Shown here: positions 19,071 through 28,201 of the stretch, piece after piece
Position numbering within the stretch: position 1 is the first letter of the stretch
Layout: every line of letters begins with the position of its first letter
Origin: an uncultured Clostridium sp.
Lineage (GTDB): Bacteria > Bacillota > Clostridia > TANB77 > CAG-508
Assembly (NCBI GenBank): GCA_946500615.1
Contig: CAMMWP010000002.1
Span: 109,124 to 173,123, forward strand
Reading direction: 5' to 3'
Length of the DNA stretch: 64,000 nucleotides
Position numbers and translations under genes: made by a program
Notes under the pieces: generated by a model
Seen by the model: only the letters and a program-made list of their open reading frames with translations
Databases searched by the model: none
Told to the model about the DNA's origin: nothing

Positions 19071-19177
19071 AAAGGGATTTTGGGGATAGACGCATGTTCC
19101 CTTTTTATAGAATACATACAAAAATTTAAAATTTAATAAAAAAGGGAAAAATGCGTCTATCCCTAAAATCCCTTTTT
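19070..19177. terminator. inverted pair of family E terminator-like units between ftsW and murG
   Basis: AAAAGGGATTTTGGGGATAGACGCATGTTCCCTTTTT (19070-19106) and its near-perfect inverted copy (19138-19177). Confidence 0.6.
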
Positions 19178-19199
19178 AGGAAGGAATGAGAAAAAGAAA

Positions 19200-20330
19200 A
19201 TGAAAGTAGTTATTGCAGCGGCAGGAACAGCGGGGCATATTAATCCCGGTTTGGCAATTGCAAAAAAAATACAAGAAGAGCAAAAGGATGCAAAAATAGT
19301 TTTTATTGGTACAACAAGAGGTTTGGAAAATGATTTAGTGCCAAGAGCAGGATATGAATTAAAAACAATTGATGCTTATGGATTAAGTAAACAGCTTTCT
19401 ATAGAAAATATAAAAAAGATGATTAAGACAATAAAGGGATTTGGAGAAGCTAAAAACATATTAAAAGAATTAAAACCAGATATTGTGATAGGAACAGGAG
19501 GATATATTTGTGGTGCAACTATCTCAGCAGCACATCATTTGAAAATACCAACTTTATTACATGAAAGTAATGCATTTCCCGGAAAAGCAGTAAAACTATT
19601 GGCTAGGAAAACAGATACCATTTTGGTTTCTTTTGAAGTAGCTATGGAAAGAATCAAGCATGCAAAAAATGTCGTTTATACAGGAACACCTGTTAAAATA
19701 AAGAAACAAGATTACAGTAAACAACAAAAAACAGAAATGATAAGAAAAATAGGGCTAAGTGAAACAATGCCTATCATATTAGTATTTGGAGGAAGTCAAG
19801 GAGCTAGAAGGATTAATCATGCCATTATGGAGATTATAAAAAATGGAAGCAATGAACAATATCAAGTGATTTGGGCAACAGGACCGAAACAATATGATAT
19901 AATAAAAGAACAATTAGAAAATGAACAAAAAAATATTAATCATATTAAAAACATGAAAATTCTTCCATATATCTATAATATGGAAGAAATCATGAATATC
20001 GTAGATGTTATAGTGGCAAGAAGTGGGGCAATGACAATTACAGAGATATCAAATTTAGGAAAACCATCTATTTTGATTCCATTACCAAATGTAAGTCATG
20101 ATCATCAATTATATAATGCAAAAGTGCTAGAAAAAGTAAAAGCAGCCAATATTATTTTAGATAACGAACTAAATGGAGAAAAATTGGATAAAAATATCAA
20201 GGAAATTGCATTAGATAAAGAGACTTGTCAAGAGATGGGTAAAAATGCATTAAAAATTTCTACAAATCATGTTGAAAATAAAATATATGAACAAATTATA
20301 AAAACGATTCGTCAAAAGATGTCAGAATGA
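19200..20330 (+). CDS. murG: UDP-N-acetylglucosamine--N-acetylmuramyl-(pentapeptide) pyrophosphoryl-undecaprenol GlcNAc transferase
   Basis: AAGTAGHINP, FGGSQGA and ARSGAMTITE motifs. Confidence 0.92.
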   Translation: MKVVIAAAGTAGHINPGLAIAKKIQEEQKDAKIVFIGTTRGLENDLVPRAGYELKTIDAYGLSKQLSIENIKKMIKTIKGFGEAKNILKELKPDIVIGTGGYICGATISAAHHLKIPTLLHESNAFPGKAVKLLARKTDTILVSFEVAMERIKHAKNVVYTGTPVKIKKQDYSKQQKTEMIRKIGLSETMPIILVFGGSQGARRINHAIMEIIKNGSNEQYQVIWATGPKQYDIIKEQLENEQKNINHIKNMKILPYIYNMEEIMNIVDVIVARSGAMTITEISNLGKPSILIPLPNVSHDHQLYNAKVLEKVKAANIILDNELNGEKLDKNIKEIALDKETCQEMGKNALKISTNHVENKIYEQIIKTIRQKMSE

Positions 20331-21802
20331 AAGGGAAAATAATGATTAAAAGTATACAATTTAAAATTATTATCGTATTTTTTCTAATAGGAATTATCAC
20401 AATTACAAGTTTAGGAGCCATATATATTCGCTCAATTAATGCTTTAGAAATCGGGATAAACACAAATGAAATTGGAAATTTAACTGAATTAGAAAATTAT
20501 ATTGAACAAATGAGACAAACCAATATCACATCACTGATAATTGCAGGTGTGGTATTTGTTGTAGGTGGTATATTAATAGCGATTGTGTTATCTAGATTTG
20601 TTATTTATCCAATCAATAAATTAATAAAAAGTGCAGAAAAAATAACAGAAGAAGAAAAGAAAAAAATACCACATAAAGAAGAACATAAAAAAGCCAAAAG
20701 CAAGAAAAATGAAGCAGCTAATATTGAAAATGTTTTAGGTGTTATGACAACAGAGCTAAAGGAAAAATTAAGTGAAGTTTCAACCCAAAAAAACCAAATA
20801 GAAACCATTCTTTTACATATGACAGATGGAATTATCGCCTTTAATATGGAGGGGGAAATTATCTTAATTAACCCAGCAGCTAAAAAGTTTTTAAGTATTG
20901 GACCAGAAGATATTACATTCGATGATATTTTTGCCAAATTTAAATTAGGAATTAATATGGAAAAAATTATTTATCTAGAAAATTGGACTTCAACAGAACA
21001 AAGGATACAAGTAGAAGATAAATATATGAACGTGTTTTTTGCACCATTTAAGAATGAATCAGATAGACCAAATGGTGTTATAGCGGTTATCCAAGATATA
21101 ACAGAACATGTAAAATTAGATAATATGCAAAAAGAATTTGTGGCAGATGTATCACATGAATTGAAGACACCAATTACTTCCATTATGGGATATGCGGATA
21201 CTTTATTAGAAGGAGAATATGATAAAGAGACACAGGACAAGTTTTTAAATGTGATTGCATCAGAGGCGAGAAGAATGGCACGACTTGTTACAGATTTATT
21301 AACATTATCAAGATATGATAATAATAAAAATAAAGTAAGAAAGGTATCTTTTGATTTAGGAGAATTGGTTAAAAAATGTCAAGATAAATTAGCAATAGAA
21401 ATCAAAAAGAAAAATCATACAGTAAATTCTTTTGTAACAGCAGATGTTCCGCCAGTTTTTGCTGACAAAGATGATATCGAAAGAGTTATTTTAAATATAT
21501 TAACAAATAGTATTAAGTATACACCAGAAGGTGGAGAGATAAAGATTTATGTAGGATTTGTCTATAATGATGCTTATATAAAAATTTTTGATAATGGAAT
21601 AGGGATACCAGAAGAAGATTTATCTAGAATATTTGAAAGATTTTATCGAGTAGATAAAGCACGTACAAGAGAAATGGGAGGTACAGGTTTAGGCCTTTCT
21701 ATTGCAAAAGAAATTTTAGATAAAAATGGTGGAAGTATCGATATAAAAAGTACAGTAGGACAAGGAACGGAAGTAGTTATTAGAATTCCTACAAAAGGTT
21801 AA
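20327..21802 (+). CDS. sensor histidine kinase (2 TM, PAS, HisKA, HATPase_c), no adjacent response regulator
   Basis: H-box SHELKTPITSI; N/G boxes NSIKYTP, DNGIGIP, GGTGLGLSIAKE. ATG 20327 overlaps the murG stop (ATGA). Confidence 0.88.
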   Translation: MKGKIMIKSIQFKIIIVFFLIGIITITSLGAIYIRSINALEIGINTNEIGNLTELENYIEQMRQTNITSLIIAGVVFVVGGILIAIVLSRFVIYPINKLIKSAEKITEEEKKKIPHKEEHKKAKSKKNEAANIENVLGVMTTELKEKLSEVSTQKNQIETILLHMTDGIIAFNMEGEIILINPAAKKFLSIGPEDITFDDIFAKFKLGINMEKIIYLENWTSTEQRIQVEDKYMNVFFAPFKNESDRPNGVIAVIQDITEHVKLDNMQKEFVADVSHELKTPITSIMGYADTLLEGEYDKETQDKFLNVIASEARRMARLVTDLLTLSRYDNNKNKVRKVSFDLGELVKKCQDKLAIEIKKKNHTVNSFVTADVPPVFADKDDIERVILNILTNSIKYTPEGGEIKIYVGFVYNDAYIKIFDNGIGIPEEDLSRIFERFYRVDKARTREMGGTGLGLSIAKEILDKNGGSIDIKSTVGQGTEVVIRIPTKG

Positions 21803-22027
21803 TGTTCAGACCTCCCCATTTTGGATTAGGTATATGTTAAATTTTTAAGGTTCTCGGCTACCCTCCAATTCTCGTTTAAGAAATTCTAATATCTAAATCA
21901 TAACGATACCCGGAAACAGGACCCTTTATGACTTATATATAAGAATTTCTAAAACGATTCCGGTCGCATTCGAACCTTAAAAATTTAACATATACCTAAT
22001 CCAAAATGGGAAGGTTTGAACATTAAC
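21798..22027 (+). repeat. Family B long-hairpin element, copy B1 (56-nt arms, 118-nt core)
   Basis: Arms 21798-21853 and 21972-22027 are complementary at 54 of 56 positions. The core is about 94% identical to copy B2. Confidence 0.85.
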
Positions 22028-22126
22028 TCAAAAGGATAGACATTACAAAAAAATTGAGGTTTAGATTGAAAATTAAAAAAAATTAAGGTATAATAAATTA
22101 GATTTAGATAAAAAGGAGAGAGAAAA

Positions 22127-22765
22127 TTGAATCCAAAGATAAAGGAAATTTTAGAATGGTTATATTGTATTATTATTGCAGTTGTATTAGCATTAATATT
22201 TAGATATTTTATTGGCACACCAACAATAGTACAACAAGTATCTATGAAGCCAACATTAGAACAAGATCAAAGGTTATGGCTTAATCGATGGTCAAGAACA
22301 ACAAAAACATTACCAAAAAGAGGAGAAATTATCACTTTTGAAGCACCATCCAAAAAGTCATTTACAAATTCAGAAATAGATAAAAATAACCCAGTAGCTG
22401 TATATGATAATGAACCAACAAATATATTTGGAAAATTTACAAAATATGTGTTAGAAATCGGAAAGGAAAGTTATATAAAGAGAGTGATTGCATTACCCGG
22501 AGAACATGTAGAAATAAAAGAAGGAAATGTATTTATCAATGGAGAAAAAATGGAAGAGCCATACTTACAAGAGGGAGTTGTTACAGATGTGACAGGAGTA
22601 GGATTTTCAGATTTTATTGTTCCAGATAATACTGTTTTTGCTATGGGAGATAATCGTACACACAGCACAGATTGTAGAGTTTTTGGATGTATTCCACTAG
22701 AAAAAATAGAAAGTACAGTGGCAATAAGAATATGGCCATTAGATAAATGGGGAAAAGTAGATTAG
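22127..22765 (+). CDS. lepB: signal peptidase I
   Basis: S26 motifs SMKPTL, YIKRVIALPGE, GDNRTHSTDCR. TTGAAA-17-TATAAT promoter upstream. Confidence 0.9.
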   Translation: MNPKIKEILEWLYCIIIAVVLALIFRYFIGTPTIVQQVSMKPTLEQDQRLWLNRWSRTTKTLPKRGEIITFEAPSKKSFTNSEIDKNNPVAVYDNEPTNIFGKFTKYVLEIGKESYIKRVIALPGEHVEIKEGNVFINGEKMEEPYLQEGVVTDVTGVGFSDFIVPDNTVFAMGDNRTHSTDCRVFGCIPLEKIESTVAIRIWPLDKWGKVD

Positions 22766-22799
22766 AAAATAAGGAGCAAATACAAGGAGCAAATATCAG

Positions 22800-23693
22800 A
22801 TGTTTGATGAAATTATCGGAAACAAACCAATAAAAGAAGAACTATTGAAATCATTACAAGATAATAAAGTATCACATAGTTATTTATTTATAGGAATAGA
22901 AGGAATTGGAAAACAATTAATTGCAAAAACTTTTGCACAAATGATATTGTGCACAGATAAAAAAGAAAAAGGATGTCACCAATGTAAATCCTGTATCGAA
23001 TTTCATTCTAACAACCATCCAGACTTTCTATATATAGAACCAGACGGAAACAGTATAAAGATTGATCAAATACGATATTTGCAAAGAAAAATTCAAGAAA
23101 AACCAATCATTTCCAATAAAAAAGTATATATGATAAACGATGCTAATAAAATGACACAAGAAGCACAAAACTGTTTATTAAAAACATTAGAAGAACCACC
23201 AGAATATGCAACAATCATCTTAATTGGAAATAATGAAAATGCATTTCTAAATACGATAAAATCGAGATGTATGATTTTGAATTTCAAGGCAATTGAAAAA
23301 GAAAAAATAAAACAATATATGGAACAAAATTATGGAATGTATGATTTGAGTCTGAATATGTTGGAGGCTTTTCAAGGAAGTATAGGAAAAGCAATACAGT
23401 TGAAAGACAAAAAAGAACAATATGAGAAAATAGAAGAAATTATCAAAAATTTAGATAAAAAAGATATAATAGATATCATATTATTAAGTGAAGAGATTTA
23501 TAAAGAAAAAGATGAAATTGCAAATATATTAGAGTATATAGAGATTATATTACTAAAATTAGCTCAAAAAGAAATGAAATATGCAAATTGTATAGAAATT
23601 GTAGAAGATACAAAAAAAAGATTATATCAAAATGCCAATTATGATATGAGTATAGATAATATGATATTAAATATGTGGGAGGAAGTAAATTGA
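22800..23693 (+). CDS. holB: DNA polymerase III subunit delta'
   Basis: HSYLFIGIEGIGK, zinc module CHQCKSC, LLKTLEEPP. Confidence 0.85.
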   Translation: MFDEIIGNKPIKEELLKSLQDNKVSHSYLFIGIEGIGKQLIAKTFAQMILCTDKKEKGCHQCKSCIEFHSNNHPDFLYIEPDGNSIKIDQIRYLQRKIQEKPIISNKKVYMINDANKMTQEAQNCLLKTLEEPPEYATIILIGNNENAFLNTIKSRCMILNFKAIEKEKIKQYMEQNYGMYDLSLNMLEAFQGSIGKAIQLKDKKEQYEKIEEIIKNLDKKDIIDIILLSEEIYKEKDEIANILEYIEIILLKLAQKEMKYANCIEIVEDTKKRLYQNANYDMSIDNMILNMWEEVN

Positions 23694-24601
23694 AGGATAT
23701 AGTAGGCGTAAGATTTAAGAAATTAGGAAAAATATATTTTTTCAATCCTAAAAGATGGAAATTAAAAAAGGGAGATAAAGTAATTGTAGAAACAGCACAG
23801 GGAGAAGAGTTTGGCGAAGTTATGATTCCTAACAGAACAGTCCCAGAGGATAAAATTGTAGAACCATTAAAAATGGTAATAAGAATAGCAAATGGAAAAG
23901 ATTATAAACACTATGAGGAATGCAAAAAAATAGAAAAAAAAGCATTTGAAGTATGTAAGAAAAAAATAAAAGAACATGGATTGGAAATGACATTGACAGA
24001 TGTAGAAGTAAAATTTGACAACAGCAAAATTTTATTCTACTTCACAGCTGATGGAAGAATTGATTTTAGAGAATTAGTTAAAGATTTGGCAGCAATATAT
24101 AAGACAAGAATAGAATTAAGGCAAATTGGTGTAAGAGATGAAGTGAAAAAAATCGGTGGAAACGGCGTATGTGGAAGGGAATTGTGTTGCTGTACATTTC
24201 TAAATGATTTTGAGGCAGTATCTATAAAAATGGCAAAAGAACAAAATATTTCTTTAAATCCTTCAAAAATATCTGGAAATTGTGGCAGATTAATGTGTTG
24301 TTTAAAATATGAAAATGACGTTTATGAAGAAAAATTAAAAAAATTACCACATATTGGTGCTATTGTGAAAACAGAAGAGGGCGAAGGAGAGATAGACTCT
24401 ATAGAGACATTAAAAGAAAGAATAAGAGTTAAAATTAAAGATGGTGATGATTATATCTATAGAAGATATGATGCAAAAGATGTGAAAGTGATAAAAGATG
24501 AAGAAAAAGAAAGAATGGATCAAGAGGAAATAGAACATCAAAAGGAACTAGAGGAATTAGAAAAATTAGAAAAAGCAGAAGAAGGTATGAGAGAAGTATA
24601 G
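23690..24601 (+). CDS. ricT: PSP1-domain protein RicT/YaaT (stage 0 sporulation regulator family)
   Basis: PSP1 core ELRQIGVRDEVKKIGGNGVCGRELCCCTFL...CGRLMCCLKYE. TTG 23690 overlaps the holB TGA (TTGA); SD GGGAGG 7 nt upstream. Confidence 0.85.
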   Translation: MKDIVGVRFKKLGKIYFFNPKRWKLKKGDKVIVETAQGEEFGEVMIPNRTVPEDKIVEPLKMVIRIANGKDYKHYEECKKIEKKAFEVCKKKIKEHGLEMTLTDVEVKFDNSKILFYFTADGRIDFRELVKDLAAIYKTRIELRQIGVRDEVKKIGGNGVCGRELCCCTFLNDFEAVSIKMAKEQNISLNPSKISGNCGRLMCCLKYENDVYEEKLKKLPHIGAIVKTEEGEGEIDSIETLKERIRVKIKDGDDYIYRRYDAKDVKVIKDEEKERMDQEEIEHQKELEELEKLEKAEEGMREV

Positions 24602-24775
24602 CAAAGGGAAGAACAATAAAGGATAAATGAAAAGGGAATAAAACAACACAGAACAAACTAATAAAAAACAAATGAAAAATGACAAAACAATACAGAGCAA
24701 ACTGGTAAAAAATAAATAAAGTAAAAAGAAGAACATAAAAACTATAGAAACAAAGAATTAAAGGAGGTGAATATA

Positions 24776-24946
24776 ATGGCATATAAAATAACAGATAAAT
24801 GTATATCATGTGGAGCTTGTGCTGCTGAATGTCCAGTTGGATGCATTTCACAAGGTGATGATAAATTTGTAATTGACCAATCAGCTTGTATTAGTTGTGG
24901 TACATGTGCAGGTGTTTGTCCTGTAGAGGCACCAGAAGAAGAATAA
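24776..24946 (+). CDS. fdx: clostridial-type 2x[4Fe-4S] ferredoxin (56 aa), not in the ORF track
   Basis: MAYKITDKCISCGACAAECPVGCISQGDDKFVIDQSACISCGTCAGVCPVEAPEEE: two CxxCxxCxxxCP motifs; SD AAGGAGGTGA. Confidence 0.9.
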   Translation: MAYKITDKCISCGACAAECPVGCISQGDDKFVIDQSACISCGTCAGVCPVEAPEEE

Positions 24947-25033
24947 GAAAAAAAGGGGATTTTTGAGGATACACTCAATCTTCCCTTTTTAATATTAGGA
25001 AAGTCATGCTGACTTTCTAATATATTAAAACAC

Positions 25034-25123
25034 ATTGCACACAATTTTACGTATGTAAAATTGGCGCCGAACAATAACGCGGGCTTTAAAATGTTATAGA
25101 TAGAGAAAAAGCCCGCTATTGTT
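25034..25123 (+). repeat. Family A intergenic repeat, copy A4 (short subtype)
   Basis: TTGCAC-15-TAAAAT module plus hairpin AACAATAACGCGGGCTTT / AAAGCCCGCTATTGTT. Ends 22 nt before the TPK gene. Confidence 0.8.
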
Positions 25124-25144
25124 CTAGATAAGGAGAAATGAAAT

Positions 25145-25792
25145 ATGGAAACGTTAATAGTTGCAGGAGGAGAAATCGATATAGAAATATTACAAAAAAT
25201 TGTAAAGAAAAATGAAAAACCAAACATTATTGCTGTAGATAAAGGATTAGAGGCATTACATCAATTAAAAATCATACCAAATCATATAGTGGGAGATTTT
25301 GATTCAATTTTACCTCAAATTTTAGCATCTTATAAAAAGTTACCACAAGTCGTTTTTCATCAATTTAATGCCGAAAAAGATAATACAGACACAGATATAG
25401 CTTTAAAACTAGCAATAAAATTGAAAAGCTCTAGAATTACAATTGTAGGGGCATTGGGAAAAAGAATGGACCATGCAATTGCTAACATCCACATATTAAA
25501 AGATGCCTTAGAAGCCAAGATTCCTTGCCAAATTGTAGATAAATATAATCGAATTTATTTGATAGATACATCTGTTTCAATAAAAAGGAATGAGGCTTAT
25601 GGAAAATATGTATCTTTAATTCCTTTGACAAGTACAGTGGAAGGAATTACTTTAACAGGATTTAAATATACATTGGATAATGATAACTTATCAATTGGAA
25701 TAAGTTTAGGGATTAGTAATGAAATTGTAGAGGATATAGCACATATTGATATAAAAAATGGAATTTTAATAGTAATAGAAAGTAATGATTAG
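25145..25792 (+). CDS. thiN: thiamine pyrophosphokinase
   Basis: VDKGLE, GDFDS, KDNTDTDIAL and GALGKRMDH motifs. Confidence 0.8.
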   Translation: METLIVAGGEIDIEILQKIVKKNEKPNIIAVDKGLEALHQLKIIPNHIVGDFDSILPQILASYKKLPQVVFHQFNAEKDNTDTDIALKLAIKLKSSRITIVGALGKRMDHAIANIHILKDALEAKIPCQIVDKYNRIYLIDTSVSIKRNEAYGKYVSLIPLTSTVEGITLTGFKYTLDNDNLSIGISLGISNEIVEDIAHIDIKNGILIVIESND

Positions 25793-25828
25793 AAAAATTC
25801 AATTGCCGTAGAAAGCTAAAAAAGAAAA

Positions 25829-25955
25829 TTTCATTCTGAAAGAAAACAAAGAACCAAAAAAAGAAAGTTTCATTCTAATAGAAATTAAAAACAAAAAAAT
25901 TCATTCTGGCAGAAAACGAAAAAACAAAAAGAAAATGTTTCATTCTGATAGAAAA
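25829..25955 (+). repeat. four spaced copies of (T)TTCATTCTnnnAGAAA in a convergent intergenic region
   Basis: Copies at 25829, 25868, 25900 and 25938, each with a TTCT-N3-AGAA mini-palindrome in an A-rich background. Confidence 0.65.
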
Positions 25956-26050
25956 TAAGAGAAAAAAAGGAATTTTGAAGTCCGCCTCCAAGATTCCTTT
26001 TTTCTATGTCATAAAAAATAAAGTTGTACACAAATTTTACTACGTACATT

Positions 26051-27007
26051 CTATTTATTTTTATTTGTAATTTCTTCCAAATCTAATAATTCTTGCCATC
26101 TTTCATCAACAATTCTTTGGAAATCTTCTATCATCCATTCATTACCCGGTTTGAACATATGTCTAAATCTTTTTTGTGGTTTTAAGAACTCTTCGATTGG
26201 TAATTTTTTAGCAGGTTTATATGAAATATGATATACACCATTAACTACTTCATATAAAGGCCAATAGCATGTTTCAACAGCAAGTTTATTAATTTTCATC
26301 AAGTCTTCTGTTGGATATCCCCAGCCTCTAGGACATGGCGATAATACGTTTAGAAATGCTGGTCCTTCTGTATATATGGCTTTTTCAGCTTTTTCATATA
26401 AATCTTTAAAATTCATGTAAGCAATGGTTTGGCCAACATAAGGAATGTGATGACCTACCATGATTTTACTTAAATCTTTTCGACATTGTGTTTTTCCGGG
26501 AATAACACTTCCAGCAGGTGAGGTAGTTGTATCTGCATATTTAGGTGTCGCAGAAGAACGTTGAATACCTGTATTCATGTATGCACCATTATCATAACAT
26601 ACATAAACCATATCATGTCCTCTTTCCATAGCACCTGATAAAGATTGTAAACCTATATCGTAAGTTCCACCATCTCCACCAAAAGCAATGAATTTTGTAT
26701 CTCCATCAGCTGGTAATTTTCCTTGTTTTTTCATAGAAACATAAGCAGCCTCTGCTCCTGCAAGAGTAGCACCAGCACATTCAAATGCAGTATGAATAAA
26801 AGAATCTGTCCAAGCAGTATAGGGATATATAAAAGTAGAAACTTCCATACAACCAGTTGCAGTAGCAACAACAGCATGGTCTTCTGGTTTTAAAGCTCTC
26901 ATAATGTGTCTTGCAACAGGAGGAGCACCACAACCAGCACACATTCTATGACCTGAAGTAAATCTTGAAGGTTTATTCGCAACGATTTCTTTTAAATTAT
27001 AAGGCAT
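26051..27007 (-). CDS. 2-oxoacid:ferredoxin oxidoreductase, beta (TPP-binding) subunit
   Basis: CAGCGAP and GGDGGTYDIG motifs. Start overlaps the alpha-subunit stop by 1 nt. Confidence 0.88.
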   Translation of the reverse strand: MPYNLKEIVANKPSRFTSGHRMCAGCGAPPVARHIMRALKPEDHAVVATATGCMEVSTFIYPYTAWTDSFIHTAFECAGATLAGAEAAYVSMKKQGKLPADGDTKFIAFGGDGGTYDIGLQSLSGAMERGHDMVYVCYDNGAYMNTGIQRSSATPKYADTTTSPAGSVIPGKTQCRKDLSKIMVGHHIPYVGQTIAYMNFKDLYEKAEKAIYTEGPAFLNVLSPCPRGWGYPTEDLMKINKLAVETCYWPLYEVVNGVYHISYKPAKKLPIEEFLKPQKRFRHMFKPGNEWMIEDFQRIVDERWQELLDLEEITNKNK

Positions 27008-28200
27008 TATTTGTCACCTTCCTTTCTTAGTCCTAAATAACGGTAAGGATCATCTATTTTTTCTGTTTTTACAATTTCTGATAAATCTGTGTAAACACTT
27101 TCAATGTCATCTGACTTTGTATCTCTACCACCAATACCATACACATAGTTCACGGCAGGTACATGAATATTGTTTACATACATAGCAGATGTGACATCTT
27201 CAAATAAAGCACCACCAGCAGCATTTAAAGAATCAGCTTTATCTAATATGGCAATCGCTTTTAAATGAGATAAAGCATTTGCGATTTCATCTACTGGGAA
27301 TGGTCTAAATACACGAAGTTTTAATAAACCTGCTTTTATACCTTGATCCCTTAATTTATCAACAACAAATTTTGTTGTACCAGCAGTTGAGTTCATACAA
27401 ACAATAGCAATTTCCGCGTCATCTAGTTTATATTCTTCAAAAAGACTATATTTTCTACCAGTCATTTTTTCAAAATCTTTTGCAACATCTAGAATAACTT
27501 GTTTTGCATGTTTTATAGCCTCTGCTTGCTGTGCTTTATGCTCAAATAGATAACTTTGTAAATCCAATGGACCAACAGCAATTGGTTCATTTTTATTTAG
27601 TAAATAATGTTCTGGTTTATATGTTCCAACAAATTCTTTTACTTTATCATCTTCAAGTAATTCTATATTTTCAATAGAATGAGAAGTAATAAATCCATCT
27701 TGACATACCATTAATGGAAGCATAACATTTTTGTTTTCTGCAATTTTATGTGCCATTAAAAGGTTATCATAAGCTTCTTGGTTGTTTTCTGAAAATAACA
27801 TAATCCAACCAGCATCTCTAACACCCATAGCATCTGAATGGTCATTATGAATGTTTAAAGGTCCTGATACAGCTCTGTTTACCAAAGACATAACAATTGG
27901 TAAGCGTAGGCTAGAAGCAATATAAATCATTTCCCACATTAAAGATAAACCATTTGCAGAGGTAGCTGTCATTGCTCTTGCTCCAGCAGCTTCTGCACCA
28001 ATACAAGCACTCATAGCACTATGTTCACTTTCAACAGCAACAAATTCTGTATCAACAAGCCCATTATCAACAAAAGTTGAAAAGTATTGTGGGATTTCTG
28101 TTGAAGGTGTAATTGGGAAGGCTGCGACAACATCTGGATTGATTTGTTTCATAGCAGTTGCTGCTGCTTCATTACCACTTAATCTTTCTCTAATACTCAT
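27007..28200 (-). CDS. 2-oxoacid:ferredoxin oxidoreductase, alpha subunit
   Basis: POR N-terminal pyrimidine-binding domain pattern (AFPITPSTEIPQ..., ESEHSAMSACIGA). Confidence 0.88.
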   Translation of the reverse strand: MSIRERLSGNEAAATAMKQINPDVVAAFPITPSTEIPQYFSTFVDNGLVDTEFVAVESEHSAMSACIGAEAAGARAMTATSANGLSLMWEMIYIASSLRLPIVMSLVNRAVSGPLNIHNDHSDAMGVRDAGWIMLFSENNQEAYDNLLMAHKIAENKNVMLPLMVCQDGFITSHSIENIELLEDDKVKEFVGTYKPEHYLLNKNEPIAVGPLDLQSYLFEHKAQQAEAIKHAKQVILDVAKDFEKMTGRKYSLFEEYKLDDAEIAIVCMNSTAGTTKFVVDKLRDQGIKAGLLKLRVFRPFPVDEIANALSHLKAIAILDKADSLNAAGGALFEDVTSAMYVNNIHVPAVNYVYGIGGRDTKSDDIESVYTDLSEIVKTEKIDDPYRYLGLRKEGDK

Positions 28201-28201
28201 A

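Noticed and set aside
21985-22218. ORFs overlapping the long-hairpin repeats (21985-22218 minus and 29432-29704 minus)
   Set aside because: They begin or end inside the palindromic arms or cores of B1 and B2, overlap the starts of lepB or the response regulator, and have no coding signature.
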